Source: Methanobacteriota archaeon
GTDB taxonomy: Archaea; Thermoplasmatota; Poseidoniia; Poseidoniales; Poseidoniaceae
Length of the DNA: 63,535 bases
Reading direction: 5' to 3'
Assembly (NCBI GenBank): GCA_002710015.1
Contig: PAOW01000029.1
Location: 39,009 to 102,543, forward strand
How positions within the stretch are numbered: position 1 is the stretch's first letter; each line of letters begins with the position of its first letter. The position numbers and the translations under genes were made by a program. Under the pieces are notes generated by a model. That model worked only from the letters and a program-made list of their open reading frames with translations. It was not told where the DNA came from and did no database searches. Positions 36,560 through 46,900 of this stretch are shown here, in pieces.

Positions 36560-37006
36560 ATGGTCCGTTTAGCCAATGGTGCCACTGCATGGCAACCGTG
36601 TATGGTAGGTAGTGACCAAATAGGGAGTAGTTCGAACATCGGAGCACTCTCGCACATAGGGAAAAATGTAGTAATTGGAGAAAATTGTAGAATTCAAGGG
36701 TCAGTGTATATCGCCGATGGTTGCAAAATCGGAAATGATGTATTCATTGGACCAAATGCAACATTAACCAATGACAAATACCCTCCTTCAAAGGGAAAGT
36801 GGTCACCCGTGATTGTTGGAGACGGTGTAATTATCGGCGCAAACTCTACCATCGTAGCCAATGTAACATTGTACGAATCATGCGTAGTTGGTGCTGGATC
36901 TGTGGTAACCTCAGATATACCAAGCAGAGAGGTGTGGGCGGGTAACCCTGCAAAATTCTTGATGTCGAGAGACGAATACGAGAAAAGGAGGCTTGAGAAT
37001 GAGTAA
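36560..37006 (+). CDS. left-handed beta-helix (hexapeptide-repeat) acyl/acetyltransferase
   Basis: Hexapeptide-type repeats IGKNVVIGENCRIQGSVYIADGCKIGNDVFIGPNATL...VIVGDGVIIGANSTI. Start is ATG 36560, or alternatively ATG 36539, which would overlap bcp by 8 nt. Confidence 0.75.
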   Translation: MVRLANGATAWQPCMVGSDQIGSSSNIGALSHIGKNVVIGENCRIQGSVYIADGCKIGNDVFIGPNATLTNDKYPPSKGKWSPVIVGDGVIIGANSTIVANVTLYESCVVGAGSVVTSDIPSREVWAGNPAKFLMSRDEYEKRRLENE

Positions 37007-37772
37007 AACTGGAGTTATTGAATTCCTTCAAAATTGTCTTGAATATGCCGATGCGTCAATACTTCGCAAAGAGAAACGAGGTGATAATGAAGAAATTATT
37101 TCTGAATGGAAAGCATACAGAAATTATACTCAGTACGCTCTTGAGGAAGTTGAAAAGGGAGATTTAGACCATTGGTTTACAAGAGCTTTTTCCAAGGCTG
37201 ATATGGAAATTGACATGGATAATCTAGACCACTCTACCCGTAGTAAATGGCTTGCTGCAACTGTGTCACCTAGACCACTAGCACTTGTTTCAACTAGAGA
37301 TGGAGAAAGAGAAAATGTCGCTCCAATGACCAGCCTATCGGTAGTATCTAACTCTCCACCCCTTATTGTAATGTCATTGTCTCAAAATCGTGATGCTAAA
37401 AAGAGAGATACATATCTAAATCTGGTAAAAAATGGTGAGTGTGAATTACAATTCCTATGTCCTACAAAAGATGCGGCAATGGATGTTGATCTTGCCAGCA
37501 CTCCGACCGAGGCAAGCGAGTGGGATTTGCTAAGTTGTGATGGACCAATTCACCCACTTGCAACTGTAATCATGAAGTGTAAATTGGTTGAAGACTATCC
37601 TCTACCCGAGGGTGCTGTTGCTCGACTGGTAGTTCTCAAAGTTATGAAAATGATCGTTCCATCAGAAATCCCGCCGAGGGAGGGTCTGTCTCTTCTATGC
37701 CAACACGGTGTTGATAGATTGACTCCTAGCCCCGAAGATTGGGGTCATGTAGCTACACATTACAGAAGCTGA
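36999..37772 (+). CDS. flavin-reductase-like (FMN-binding split-barrel) domain protein with N-terminal extension
   Basis: PRPLALVSTRDGERENVAPMTSLSVVSNSPPLIVMSL matches the flavin reductase-like domain core. ATG 36999 is preceded by GGAGG and overlaps the upstream stop by 8 nt (ATGAGTAA). Confidence 0.6.
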   Translation: MSKTGVIEFLQNCLEYADASILRKEKRGDNEEIISEWKAYRNYTQYALEEVEKGDLDHWFTRAFSKADMEIDMDNLDHSTRSKWLAATVSPRPLALVSTRDGERENVAPMTSLSVVSNSPPLIVMSLSQNRDAKKRDTYLNLVKNGECELQFLCPTKDAAMDVDLASTPTEASEWDLLSCDGPIHPLATVIMKCKLVEDYPLPEGAVARLVVLKVMKMIVPSEIPPREGLSLLCQHGVDRLTPSPEDWGHVATHYRS

Positions 37773-38659
37773 TCGAGACCTTCTTTCAGGGTGGTAATAG
37801 CCTGCCAATCTATCAAACTATTTGTTTCGACATCCGGAATCCTTCTCCTACTATCTCCATGATTGGGCTCACAAAATTTGTATTCTACTGATCTCCTTTT
37901 TGAGATAATCATTGCTAATTCTAACATTGATATTTCATCGGTAGAACCTAAGTTAAATGAAATTCCTGATTCTAACTCATACTCTCCCACTCTAATCATT
38001 CCCTCAACAACATCTGCAACCCAAGTCAAACTACGAGTTTGCGTTCCATCGCCATGGACCATTATGGGATTTGCCTCTAGCATTCTAGAAACAACTTGGC
38101 CATTTTTTCCACCCTTTAATCGAGTCCCGTATACATTATATGGTCTTACAATTCTTACATCCAAACCTTCTCTTACAGCGAATTGGCATAGGATTTCTCC
38201 CAAGTATTTCGAAGCACCATAAGAATGGCGCTGATGCTCAATTGCAGGAGGAAATACACTTGGTGAAGAGTTTGATAGAGGCATATTTTCCTGTTCCCCA
38301 AATGCTTCTGGAGATGAGTAAAAAATCAGCCTAACTCCCAATCGCTTTGCTATTTTTATTGCATTAATAGTCCCGTTAACATTCACATCAACTACCAAGT
38401 CCGCCTCATCATGAAAACGCTTTGTTCCATTTACTGCTGCAAGATGATGAATAACTTCGGGTGTGTGTTGAGATATTGCACGCTCCCAATCATCCAGTAA
38501 CCTGACATCCCCCTGAACAAATTTCGCTGCTGTTGAAATTTGTGATTTTTCACCTCGAGACAAGTCATCTAGAACCACAACATCGTGTCCTCTGTCTACA
38601 AGAGAATCTACTAAATGCGATCCAAGAAAACCAGCACCGCCAGTCACTAGAATATTCAT
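37760..38659 (-). CDS. NAD-dependent sugar epimerase/dehydratase (extended SDR)
   Basis: VTGGAGFLGSHL Rossmann motif and catalytic YGASK (YxxxK). 299 aa. Start overlaps the AcnX stop (TGATG). Confidence 0.88.
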   Translation of the reverse strand: MNILVTGGAGFLGSHLVDSLVDRGHDVVVLDDLSRGEKSQISTAAKFVQGDVRLLDDWERAISQHTPEVIHHLAAVNGTKRFHDEADLVVDVNVNGTINAIKIAKRLGVRLIFYSSPEAFGEQENMPLSNSSPSVFPPAIEHQRHSYGASKYLGEILCQFAVREGLDVRIVRPYNVYGTRLKGGKNGQVVSRMLEANPIMVHGDGTQTRSLTWVADVVEGMIRVGEYELESGISFNLGSTDEISMLELAMIISKRRSVEYKFCEPNHGDSRRRIPDVETNSLIDWQAITTLKEGLDQLL

Positions 38660-40392
38660 CAGTCATCAACTCGCTTCAAAATTTCTATTGTGACCTCATC
38701 AGAAATTTTGCTTACCTTGACTAGATCTCCATCGTTGACACCAATGCATGGATCTTCCTCAAATCCATGAGAGTATGGGACGTTGAGCAGGGAGCAAGCT
38801 GGAAGAGTTAATGAGCACACATCCCTATTTACAATCGCCTTTGGGCCTTTATCGGTGTAGATTAATCCCATCAAAACGTATGGAGCAACAGTAGAACCGG
38901 AACCTTTTGGATATATGAGAACCGTATCTTCGATACTCCTGCCATCCAGAGGGTGACCCGTTTCTTCAATAATCCCAGTATCTCTATTTACATATCCCAA
39001 ATAAGTAATAGGAACATCAGTCACCATCGCAATTCCTTCAACCACCCAGTCCTCTTGAGAATTTAGCCCACTTCCAGTAGAAGAAAAATTTCCTGACTGA
39101 TAGGTTTTTGAAGATGCATGTTGGGGTTGAGATTTTGGTTTCAAAGGAGGAACCTCACCTTGGCATAAATTTGGATTAAATGCGTGCGCTACACAATCTG
39201 AAATCGTTCCCACTGATGTTGGAATTTTATTCAAACCGCTCGTAAGATAGTGTTCTGCTTTCAATGAATTAGTCATTAGATGATTGTACAATTTTCTATT
39301 GTATGGGGTAACTTCGGGACAGGTGTCTTGCAGAATAACTGCCCCGGCTTCCTCGAGTATTCCAATTGAGCCATCAGCCTCTGCCAACTCATAATTCTCA
39401 CCTGAGGTGAACACCCATAGACGTTCATCAGGTATAACCATCCCAAGTTCACAATGGCATCTAACCTCGGATGCCGTTATTCTTATTTCTTCAAGACTCG
39501 CCTGTGGACAACCGATCACAACTAAGTCGACTTGCCCCTTTGGTGCTAGTTCCTCGAATCGCAAATCAAGGTCTTTTTGTGTGAATATCAGAGATTGCTC
39601 ATCGCCAGAAAGTTCAGGAGTTTTTGTGTGCCCTTCTGCCCATAACATTGGGCATCCATAATTTGCTGCCGCTGCTGTAAGGGCTTTTTTGGAAGCAAAG
39701 CTAACGTATTCAGGCAATCCTTTGATGAAAGGCATCGGCCCATATGGAATATCCCAACTGGGGCGCACCTGTTTTCCAATCCAATCTCCCAAGATTGACC
39801 AATCCGCAAGTGTTTTCATCTCGCATTTGACCTCAACGACAATATTTGGAATTCTATTTTTCTCGAGGTGTAATCCCCACATTGGGGCATATCCAGTTAG
39901 AGCTGTTGCTAAAGCGGACAAGCCTGATTCTCTGTTTGTAACCAAGTCCGTCCAAGAATTAGAAAAGGCAACTGCATTAGACTCAGCCCAGGATGCGTAA
40001 CCAGTTTTACTTTCAACGCCTCTATCATATGGAGTGCAGGAGAGGGTCGCTTCAATTCCTAAACTCTCATATGCGGAAATAATTTCAAACTGCTGCTCAA
40101 GGAAATCTGGATAATCAATATCCATCTCTTCCATCTTTCTTTTGTCGCACCCTGCAGAATTCAGGGTTGTGGAAATAGCCACTGATCCATCTCCTGCCAA
40201 ATCGGCTAGGAATCTACGAAGACCATGCCCTCCTGTGATTACAGAAACACCTGAAACATGGCTGTGGTCGACCTCAATAAAGCCTTCAGCCTTTGCAGTA
40301 ATTGCTAGGTCGACAACTAGCCTAGCTGCTTTTTGACGAGTTGGTCCTTCATCGCCTGCGAGCATGCTCGCTAGCTTTTCAGGTAACTCCAT
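38659..40392 (-). CDS. aconitase X (AcnX) family dehydratase, single chain with catalytic (DUF521-like) and swivel (DUF126-like) domains
   Basis: The N-terminus (LAGDEGPTRQKAARLVVDL...VDHSHVSGVS) is typical of the AcnX large domain. The C-terminal ~130 aa (VEGIAMV..LGYVNRDTGII..LDGRSIEDTVLIYPKGSGSTVAPYVL..GPKAIV) are typical of the small swivel domain. Recognised by pattern only. Confidence 0.7.
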   Translation of the reverse strand: MELPEKLASMLAGDEGPTRQKAARLVVDLAITAKAEGFIEVDHSHVSGVSVITGGHGLRRFLADLAGDGSVAISTTLNSAGCDKRKMEEMDIDYPDFLEQQFEIISAYESLGIEATLSCTPYDRGVESKTGYASWAESNAVAFSNSWTDLVTNRESGLSALATALTGYAPMWGLHLEKNRIPNIVVEVKCEMKTLADWSILGDWIGKQVRPSWDIPYGPMPFIKGLPEYVSFASKKALTAAAANYGCPMLWAEGHTKTPELSGDEQSLIFTQKDLDLRFEELAPKGQVDLVVIGCPQASLEEIRITASEVRCHCELGMVIPDERLWVFTSGENYELAEADGSIGILEEAGAVILQDTCPEVTPYNRKLYNHLMTNSLKAEHYLTSGLNKIPTSVGTISDCVAHAFNPNLCQGEVPPLKPKSQPQHASSKTYQSGNFSSTGSGLNSQEDWVVEGIAMVTDVPITYLGYVNRDTGIIEETGHPLDGRSIEDTVLIYPKGSGSTVAPYVLMGLIYTDKGPKAIVNRDVCSLTLPACSLLNVPYSHGFEEDPCIGVNDGDLVKVSKISDEVTIEILKRVDD

Positions 40393-40469
40393 GAGTATAT
40401 GCTAGTAACACTATTCTTTCAACACTTTGTTAGCAGCACACTCTAATCTGAATACTTCGTGCGTAACTT

Positions 40470-42146
40470 ATGGCAGCCAAACAATTGAAGAAAAAAAGAA
40501 ATTGGAAGAAAATCCTCACTATATCGGTTATTACAATATCATTTCTCTTGAGCATAATTGCTATTCTTGCGACAAGCGATATCGATGAGATAAAGTCAGG
40601 TGAGGATGGAGAATCTTCCCTTACCAGAATAGATAGTTTGTATGGAACTCATGGGTGCGAAGAAGGAGGATTTAGTATACAGGTTGGAATTGATGACAAC
40701 AGAAACTCAGTTCTGGAGAGTGAAGAGGTTGATGACATAAGGAACGTTTGCCATGGTAAGCAAGGTGAATCTGGACCAATGGGTGTTCGTGGATACTGGG
40801 GTTACAACGGCAGTGATGGCACTAATGGAACAAATGGGTCTATCGGACAAAACGGTAATTCTCCATTCATATCTGCTAAAACAGGAGAATACGGACCCTG
40901 CTCGAGAGCAGCAGTTATCGAAATGGGAAATAATTCTACCAGTAAGGTTGTGGAATCTGAAATAAAAATATGCTTTGAAAACCTTTCAAGCGGGAGGCTT
41001 AGTGATATCAATCAAAATACAGGGAATTCTTTTTCCACCGGTTGTAATGGAGGGCTTGCAACAGACGAAATCTTTGTTTTTGCAGCGGTAAAAGACGGTA
41101 ATTGCAAACTTTACAAGTTGGATTCTGGAGAAGTTCAGTTACTGTCCCCGGATGTAGATTTCAAGCCGGGAAATAATCTAGGGTTCACTGAATTCAGAGG
41201 TAGAATTTGGTTCGATGCTGATGATGGTTCGGGTTTGGAGTTATGGTCAGTGAATGAATCTTCAATTTGGAAAGAGACCAATCAGAGTTTTTCATTTGAT
41301 AGCGATTCAAAACTAATTATTGTAAACCAAGAATTAGTTCTATCAGCTATTGATGAAATCTTGATAATAGGTGATTCGGATGTGTTGATCGATGTAGCAC
41401 ACACTAATCTCACATCGGATAATGGAGTTCTTATCTTTAACACAGGAGATGGATTATCGATAAATGGCTCAATACATTTGGGAGAGATTCATTCCAAGGC
41501 TATTTACCATGGTGATTACTACTGGTTTTTTGCAAGCACGGATAACGACGGAGTTGAATTATATCGGGCTAATGAGAATGATTTGGAAAAAATGACTACC
41601 ACCTTAAGTCAGTTTGCAGGAGATAATTTGGGGATTAATCTCGTCAATGGGCATATCGTGTTTGATGATTCAGATATTTATTCGTTCAACCCTAACTCAT
41701 TGACATTAACAGTTCTAAACTCGACTATTACAGAAGTATCTACGGACTCAGAGTTTACAATTTTCGATGACAAAATATGGTTTGACTGTGGAATTGCTGG
41801 TTTCGGCTATGAGTTGTGTGTGAGCGACGGCGTAGATGCTTGGTTACACATAGACTACAATCCTGGAATGGCTTCTTCAAGTCCAGCAAATTTTGTTGTT
41901 GTCAAAGAGAATTTATTGTTAATCCTTGATAACCCGATAGAAGGCAGTCAACTAGCGCTAGTCACAGATACTGGTTTTGAGATACTCTGGGATCACAGCA
42001 TATCCAGTCACGCAGGCGGAGTGCATGGAGGTATGTGGTCGGATTCAAGCAGCGTATATTTCATTGGAGACTCCGATGATTACGGGTTGGAACTCTATGG
42101 TTGGTCTCATGGTGAAATAAACGACGAATGGGTTGTAATCTATTGA
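40470..42146 (+). CDS. membrane-anchored protein with a collagen-like Gly-X-Y tract and ELWxxDGT-type propeller repeats
   Basis: N-terminal anchor ILTISVITISFLLSIIAILA. 12 uninterrupted G-X-Y triplets (GKQGESGPMGVRGYWGYNGSDGTNGTNGSIGQNGNS). At least four repeats of the F.A.D...G.EL(W/Y) type (GLELWSV, GVELYRA, GYELCVSDG, GLELYGW). Confidence 0.7.
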   Translation: MAAKQLKKKRNWKKILTISVITISFLLSIIAILATSDIDEIKSGEDGESSLTRIDSLYGTHGCEEGGFSIQVGIDDNRNSVLESEEVDDIRNVCHGKQGESGPMGVRGYWGYNGSDGTNGTNGSIGQNGNSPFISAKTGEYGPCSRAAVIEMGNNSTSKVVESEIKICFENLSSGRLSDINQNTGNSFSTGCNGGLATDEIFVFAAVKDGNCKLYKLDSGEVQLLSPDVDFKPGNNLGFTEFRGRIWFDADDGSGLELWSVNESSIWKETNQSFSFDSDSKLIIVNQELVLSAIDEILIIGDSDVLIDVAHTNLTSDNGVLIFNTGDGLSINGSIHLGEIHSKAIYHGDYYWFFASTDNDGVELYRANENDLEKMTTTLSQFAGDNLGINLVNGHIVFDDSDIYSFNPNSLTLTVLNSTITEVSTDSEFTIFDDKIWFDCGIAGFGYELCVSDGVDAWLHIDYNPGMASSSPANFVVVKENLLLILDNPIEGSQLALVTDTGFEILWDHSISSHAGGVHGGMWSDSSSVYFIGDSDDYGLELYGWSHGEINDEWVVIY

Positions 42147-43822
42147 CGCCAGTCGTGCTTAGCTGCCAAAGGTTGTCTCCAACCTTGTCCGAATGCACGT
42201 TTCGACACCCTAGGTGCTGGCGCCATTTGCCACCGCTTGTGCTCATTCCTAGACAATCTTGTCAAAACATCATTCACTGTGGCAGGGTCATGTCCAGTTT
42301 CAATCAACCTTGTTGCATCGAAACCGTCCTCGATGTGCAAGCGTAAAATCTCGTCTAGAATCTCATAAGGTGGCAGACTATCCTCATCTTTTTGGCCCGG
42401 AGCAAGTTCAGCACTAGGTGGCTTAGTCATGGTGGATTCATTAACAGCATCTCTTCCAATTCTTTGGTTGAATTCTTTGGCTAGAGCGTATACTTCCATT
42501 TTGTAAAGGTCGCCAAGAGGTGCATAACCTCCAGCCATATCTCCATACAGAGTGCAGTAACCCTGACCAAGCTCAGACTTATTCCCAGTTGCGATAGCCA
42601 TAGCTCCATTTGCATTTGCATGAGCCATAACGATTAATCCCCTCAATCTAGACTGAATATTTTCAGCCGCAACTGGGTTACCGTTAGACAGTAAATCCTC
42701 TAATTGTGAATCTGCCGTGCTGTGGAGTTCTTTTATTGGTCGAATCAAGAACTCGATTCCCAAAATTTCTGCCAACTCTCTTGCATCATCAATACTGTGT
42801 TGACTAGAATGCCTAGAAGGCATGGAAATGCCAGTAACGTTGGGAGCGCCCACAGCAGCAGTTGCAACACAAGCCGCTAGCGCTGAGTCTATTCCCCCCG
42901 ATAGGCCGAGAACAATTTTCGAAATTCCACTTTTACGACAATAATCGGAAAGGCCTGTTACAACAGCATCGAGTTTGTCATCATCTTCAATGAGCGCATC
43001 GACTGCTTTGAGGAAGGTTACCTCCCCGTCTCCTATCCACTCACAATTTTTGGGGCTCTGCAAGTCTGCGATCAATATACCCTCACTCCATGCTGGAGCT
43101 ATGATTGCATCACCATTTGGCCATGAAACTACTGAACGCCCATCAAAAACAAGGTCGTCATTACCACCCACTTGGTTAGTGAGTAAGAACGGATGACCTA
43201 GAGATTTAGCCGCACAGCGAGCAACTGCTAGACGTATTCCAGATTTATTGGCGTGATATGGTGAGGCTGATAAATTGACAGTTGCATCTAGGTTTGTCCC
43301 TTGCTTACCCCATTCAACTATCTGTTCTATTGGGTCGCTATCGTAATCATTGGGAGTCGCCTTGCAGTGTTGCCAAGCATCTTCACATATTGTTACACCA
43401 ATTTCCAAATTTGCTATTCCTTTTGCTATTCCTGGTTGATCATCTGGTTCGAAGTATCTCGCCTCATCAAAAACATCGTATGTTGGTAGCAATTGTTTCC
43501 TTGTTACCTCACTGATGTTATCTCCTGCTCTTACAACTCCATTACCGGGCAGATTTCTACCACCAATCGCAGTGACAGGGGTCCCTACAAGAATTGGTAT
43601 CTGTGAATTTAAACCACTAGCTACCTTGTGACAATATTCTACAAAATCCGTTTGCATTAACAAATCTCTAGGTGGGTAGCCGCTGATTGCTAATTCAGTT
43701 GTGACAGCCAAATCTGCACCTGCATCCGCTGCAACGCTAGCGAATTCGAGAATTTTCTCTGCATTCCCTTGGATATCTCCAACTGTTGGATTGAGTTGAA
43801 GCATCGCAATCTTACTAGCCAT
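42140..43822 (-). CDS. nadE: glutamine-dependent NAD+ synthetase (CN-hydrolase and PP-loop domains)
   Basis: N-terminal nitrilase-like domain (..TTELAISGYPPRDLL..), PP-loop LGLSGGIDSA, 560 aa. Confidence 0.92.
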   Translation of the reverse strand: MASKIAMLQLNPTVGDIQGNAEKILEFASVAADAGADLAVTTELAISGYPPRDLLMQTDFVEYCHKVASGLNSQIPILVGTPVTAIGGRNLPGNGVVRAGDNISEVTRKQLLPTYDVFDEARYFEPDDQPGIAKGIANLEIGVTICEDAWQHCKATPNDYDSDPIEQIVEWGKQGTNLDATVNLSASPYHANKSGIRLAVARCAAKSLGHPFLLTNQVGGNDDLVFDGRSVVSWPNGDAIIAPAWSEGILIADLQSPKNCEWIGDGEVTFLKAVDALIEDDDKLDAVVTGLSDYCRKSGISKIVLGLSGGIDSALAACVATAAVGAPNVTGISMPSRHSSQHSIDDARELAEILGIEFLIRPIKELHSTADSQLEDLLSNGNPVAAENIQSRLRGLIVMAHANANGAMAIATGNKSELGQGYCTLYGDMAGGYAPLGDLYKMEVYALAKEFNQRIGRDAVNESTMTKPPSAELAPGQKDEDSLPPYEILDEILRLHIEDGFDATRLIETGHDPATVNDVLTRLSRNEHKRWQMAPAPRVSKRAFGQGWRQPLAAKHDWRQ

Positions 43823-43931
43823 GTCAGCCCCTCATTTAGGCGCACAGAATTTTACTTACTATGCTTTTGCATGCATTCAGAAACCCAACATTCTGCACTC
43901 ACACAAATTGTATTATTAGATTGTGATTGAC

Positions 43932-46900
43932 TCAGAATTCTAGTTCTTCATCATCTAATTCCCAGTCGATTTCAGATTCTCTATGACGCATAGTTGCTGT
44001 TCTCATCCATGCTAATATGAATACTAATCCAACGCAGAGCATTAAGATTGTAATACCTAGTATCCATGGATTCGTTGAACCTAGCGAATCCTCTAGGAAT
44101 GCTTCTTCTTGAGTTGGTTTTACATCCACGAATGCAGATTGACTAACCTCTTCACCCACTGTAACTTCGATCCTTTGAATACCTGGCGCGTTTGGTTTCC
44201 AATCCACAACCAGTGTTCCCAAAGACTCTGCATCAACGTAAATTGAGGATTTTGCTAATTGATTTCTCTCTCCACTTAAACTGACTACCTCAACCAGAAC
44301 TTCTGCATCTCCTCCAAGCTTCCCGTCATTTCTTACATAGATTTGAACAACGGTAGGTTCATCAACTTCAAGACTTGATTTTGATAACTCAACTCCACTC
44401 ATTTCAATAGAAAAATCGGGAATGTAGTGTTCTAGTTTCCAAGAACTTGCTGGATAGGAGTTGCTGTTTTGACTTGTCTCGAATGCGTTTCCTGCAACAT
44501 CTCTTCCCTCAAACCTTGTTTTCAATATCAACTGCTCCTGTAAGAATTCAGGAGATATATCGGACAAATCGATGCTTCCAACAAACTCAAGACGCAGGCC
44601 TATTGAGTCATTGCCATCTAAAGTAAGGTCTGTGGATCCTGATGTAATCGGTGAGTTATCTCCTTGAACTGTAACCCACCAAATCATCTCTACTGAATCG
44701 GAATCGATACCGTAATTTTCTGAAATAACTACTCTTACATCGTGCTCTCCTACGCTCAATATCGAGGATTCTCGTGGAGAAATGAATTCAACAACTTGCG
44801 GTCCAACCGAATCAACTAATATCCACTTCACAGAGGTTGTTGAACTAGTCATATCGATTCCTTGCTCTGGCATGCATTCAATATTCCATGTAAGAGCGTG
44901 ATGTCCCGATGTTATCGGGGCATACATCGAAGCTGTGAATATACCATTTACCGCAAGCGCTGAACTCTTAATTCCATTCAGTCGGGTATCAACCTCACAG
45001 TCAAATTGGGGGATTTCCATACTTCTGACAAAAGTAAGTTGGCCTGAAAGTTCCATTGGAGAGCCTGGTGAAACTCTTGCACCATCGCTAAGCAGAACAC
45101 CATTTTCTACCCATAATGATGTATTATCCAGTATCATCATTTCGGATGAAAACCGCCATCTATTCTGCGGAAATGTCGTTATGTCCTCATTTCCGGCTCT
45201 GTCGATTAACAAAACAGCAGGCTCTCTCCTGAAGTCTCCCAAATCTGGGAGAGTCCACTGAGGTTCAATCACTAGGTTTAGAACCAATTCGGTTTGATAA
45301 GGGTCTGGTGTTTGGCCGTTTCTATCATTTATTTTGCATGATTTAATCTCGATATGATGCGTTTCACTCACACAATTATTCAACTCGCTGTCCCAAATCA
45401 GTAACAGTTTGTCACTCTGAAAGTTATCTGCAAGCATTAGTTGGATCTTATCTAAATCCGATATTCCATTTCTTTCCGTAAAGGAAATGTTGAGACCGTA
45501 GGATTGTCCTGGATGCAACCATGCACGTCTATCATCAACCCATTGGAAGCCATCCTCTTCGATTTCGGGGAATCCATCTGCCATGATTTGATACATGAAT
45601 AGATGGTCTTCTACCATTTCTGAGCCACCACCTATTACCGGATATCCTGAAGGGTCTTGCCCGATAACATATCCTGCTACCTTTTCTCCAGGGAACGCCG
45701 ATGAATCATCAATGAATGTGTAATACGACCCATAAGGTGAACTCAGATTTGAAGGAAGTGTAAGAGTCCTTGGAATATATTCTCCTGCGCTTGGCAAGCC
45801 ATCTCCATTGTAGTCATTAGCCCATTCAGTCCAAAGCATGAGGGTAACATCAGTTGGAAGTGTGGGTTGATCTGTAATGTTGATTATAATCTCCTGTGCG
45901 GAAGATGAAACCTTGTGATCGTAATGCCTGATATTTGCACCTGTGACAACCGGTGAAAGCGGATCGATTACGAACAACCTATCCACTTGTGATGGATTAC
46001 CAAGTCCTCCGCCAGCAAGAGGTGTTAATCTGGCAGAATATGTGATGTTTCCACTGGTAAATGGTGTGGTTGTATTGACATACCAGATTTCACCTTCATA
46101 CTCACTCGTGTTTGCGATCACCACATCATTTCGCAATAATTCTAGAATATATTCCCCGGGATATGGTTTCTCACTCAAATCGCCAGATTCAAATCCAATA
46201 TCGATTTCAAAACTCAGATTATCTGCCGCCATAAGATAATCATCATTTTGAGAAACTATGCCGCGTTCAGATGAAATCTGCATCGATTGAATTAGCATGT
46301 CATTATCTGTTGCTTGTGAACTCCAAGTTTCTATTAGTGGCATAGATACGACGCCATTGGCCAGTTGTATTCTAGATTCAAGTCTGAGATATTGTTGATC
46401 ATCAAAATGCTGTGAAAGCCGGAATCTGGTTTTTATTTCGTGAATGTCCCCTGACACATTTTGCGATATACCACTCTCAAAGGTAAGAGAATCATCAATA
46501 CCTGTCGAGATGACGCTTCCTCCTAAAATTGGTAAAAACCACATAGCAGCATCGCTGTTTGTGTATAAATTTAGTATAAGTCGATGAGGTGATGATTGAT
46601 GTATCTCTGCTCTTGTAGTTAATTCTCGCCAATTTTCTGAAGGAGTGAGGGTCTGACTGTAGTTACCCCAAGTTAAAGCACCCATAGCAATATTTCCCGA
46701 TGAGCTAAAAGTGATTATATCCACTAGTATTTCACAAGGGCTTGAAGCCGTAAATAGCAGTGGTAAATTGGAGGATTTACTGACATCCATCCTAGCTCTG
46801 TTCATCGCTAATACCTGCTCGTCAATCGCTGTCGCTGTAACAACTTCTCCTGCATCATACGCAATAGTTAGTCCACCCAGCCTATACTTCCCTGCGTCGG

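Noticed and set aside
36370-36657. Two minus-strand ORFs (95 and 79 aa) across the bcp / acetyltransferase junction
   Set aside because: They are antisense to two motif-supported genes and their translations have no features.
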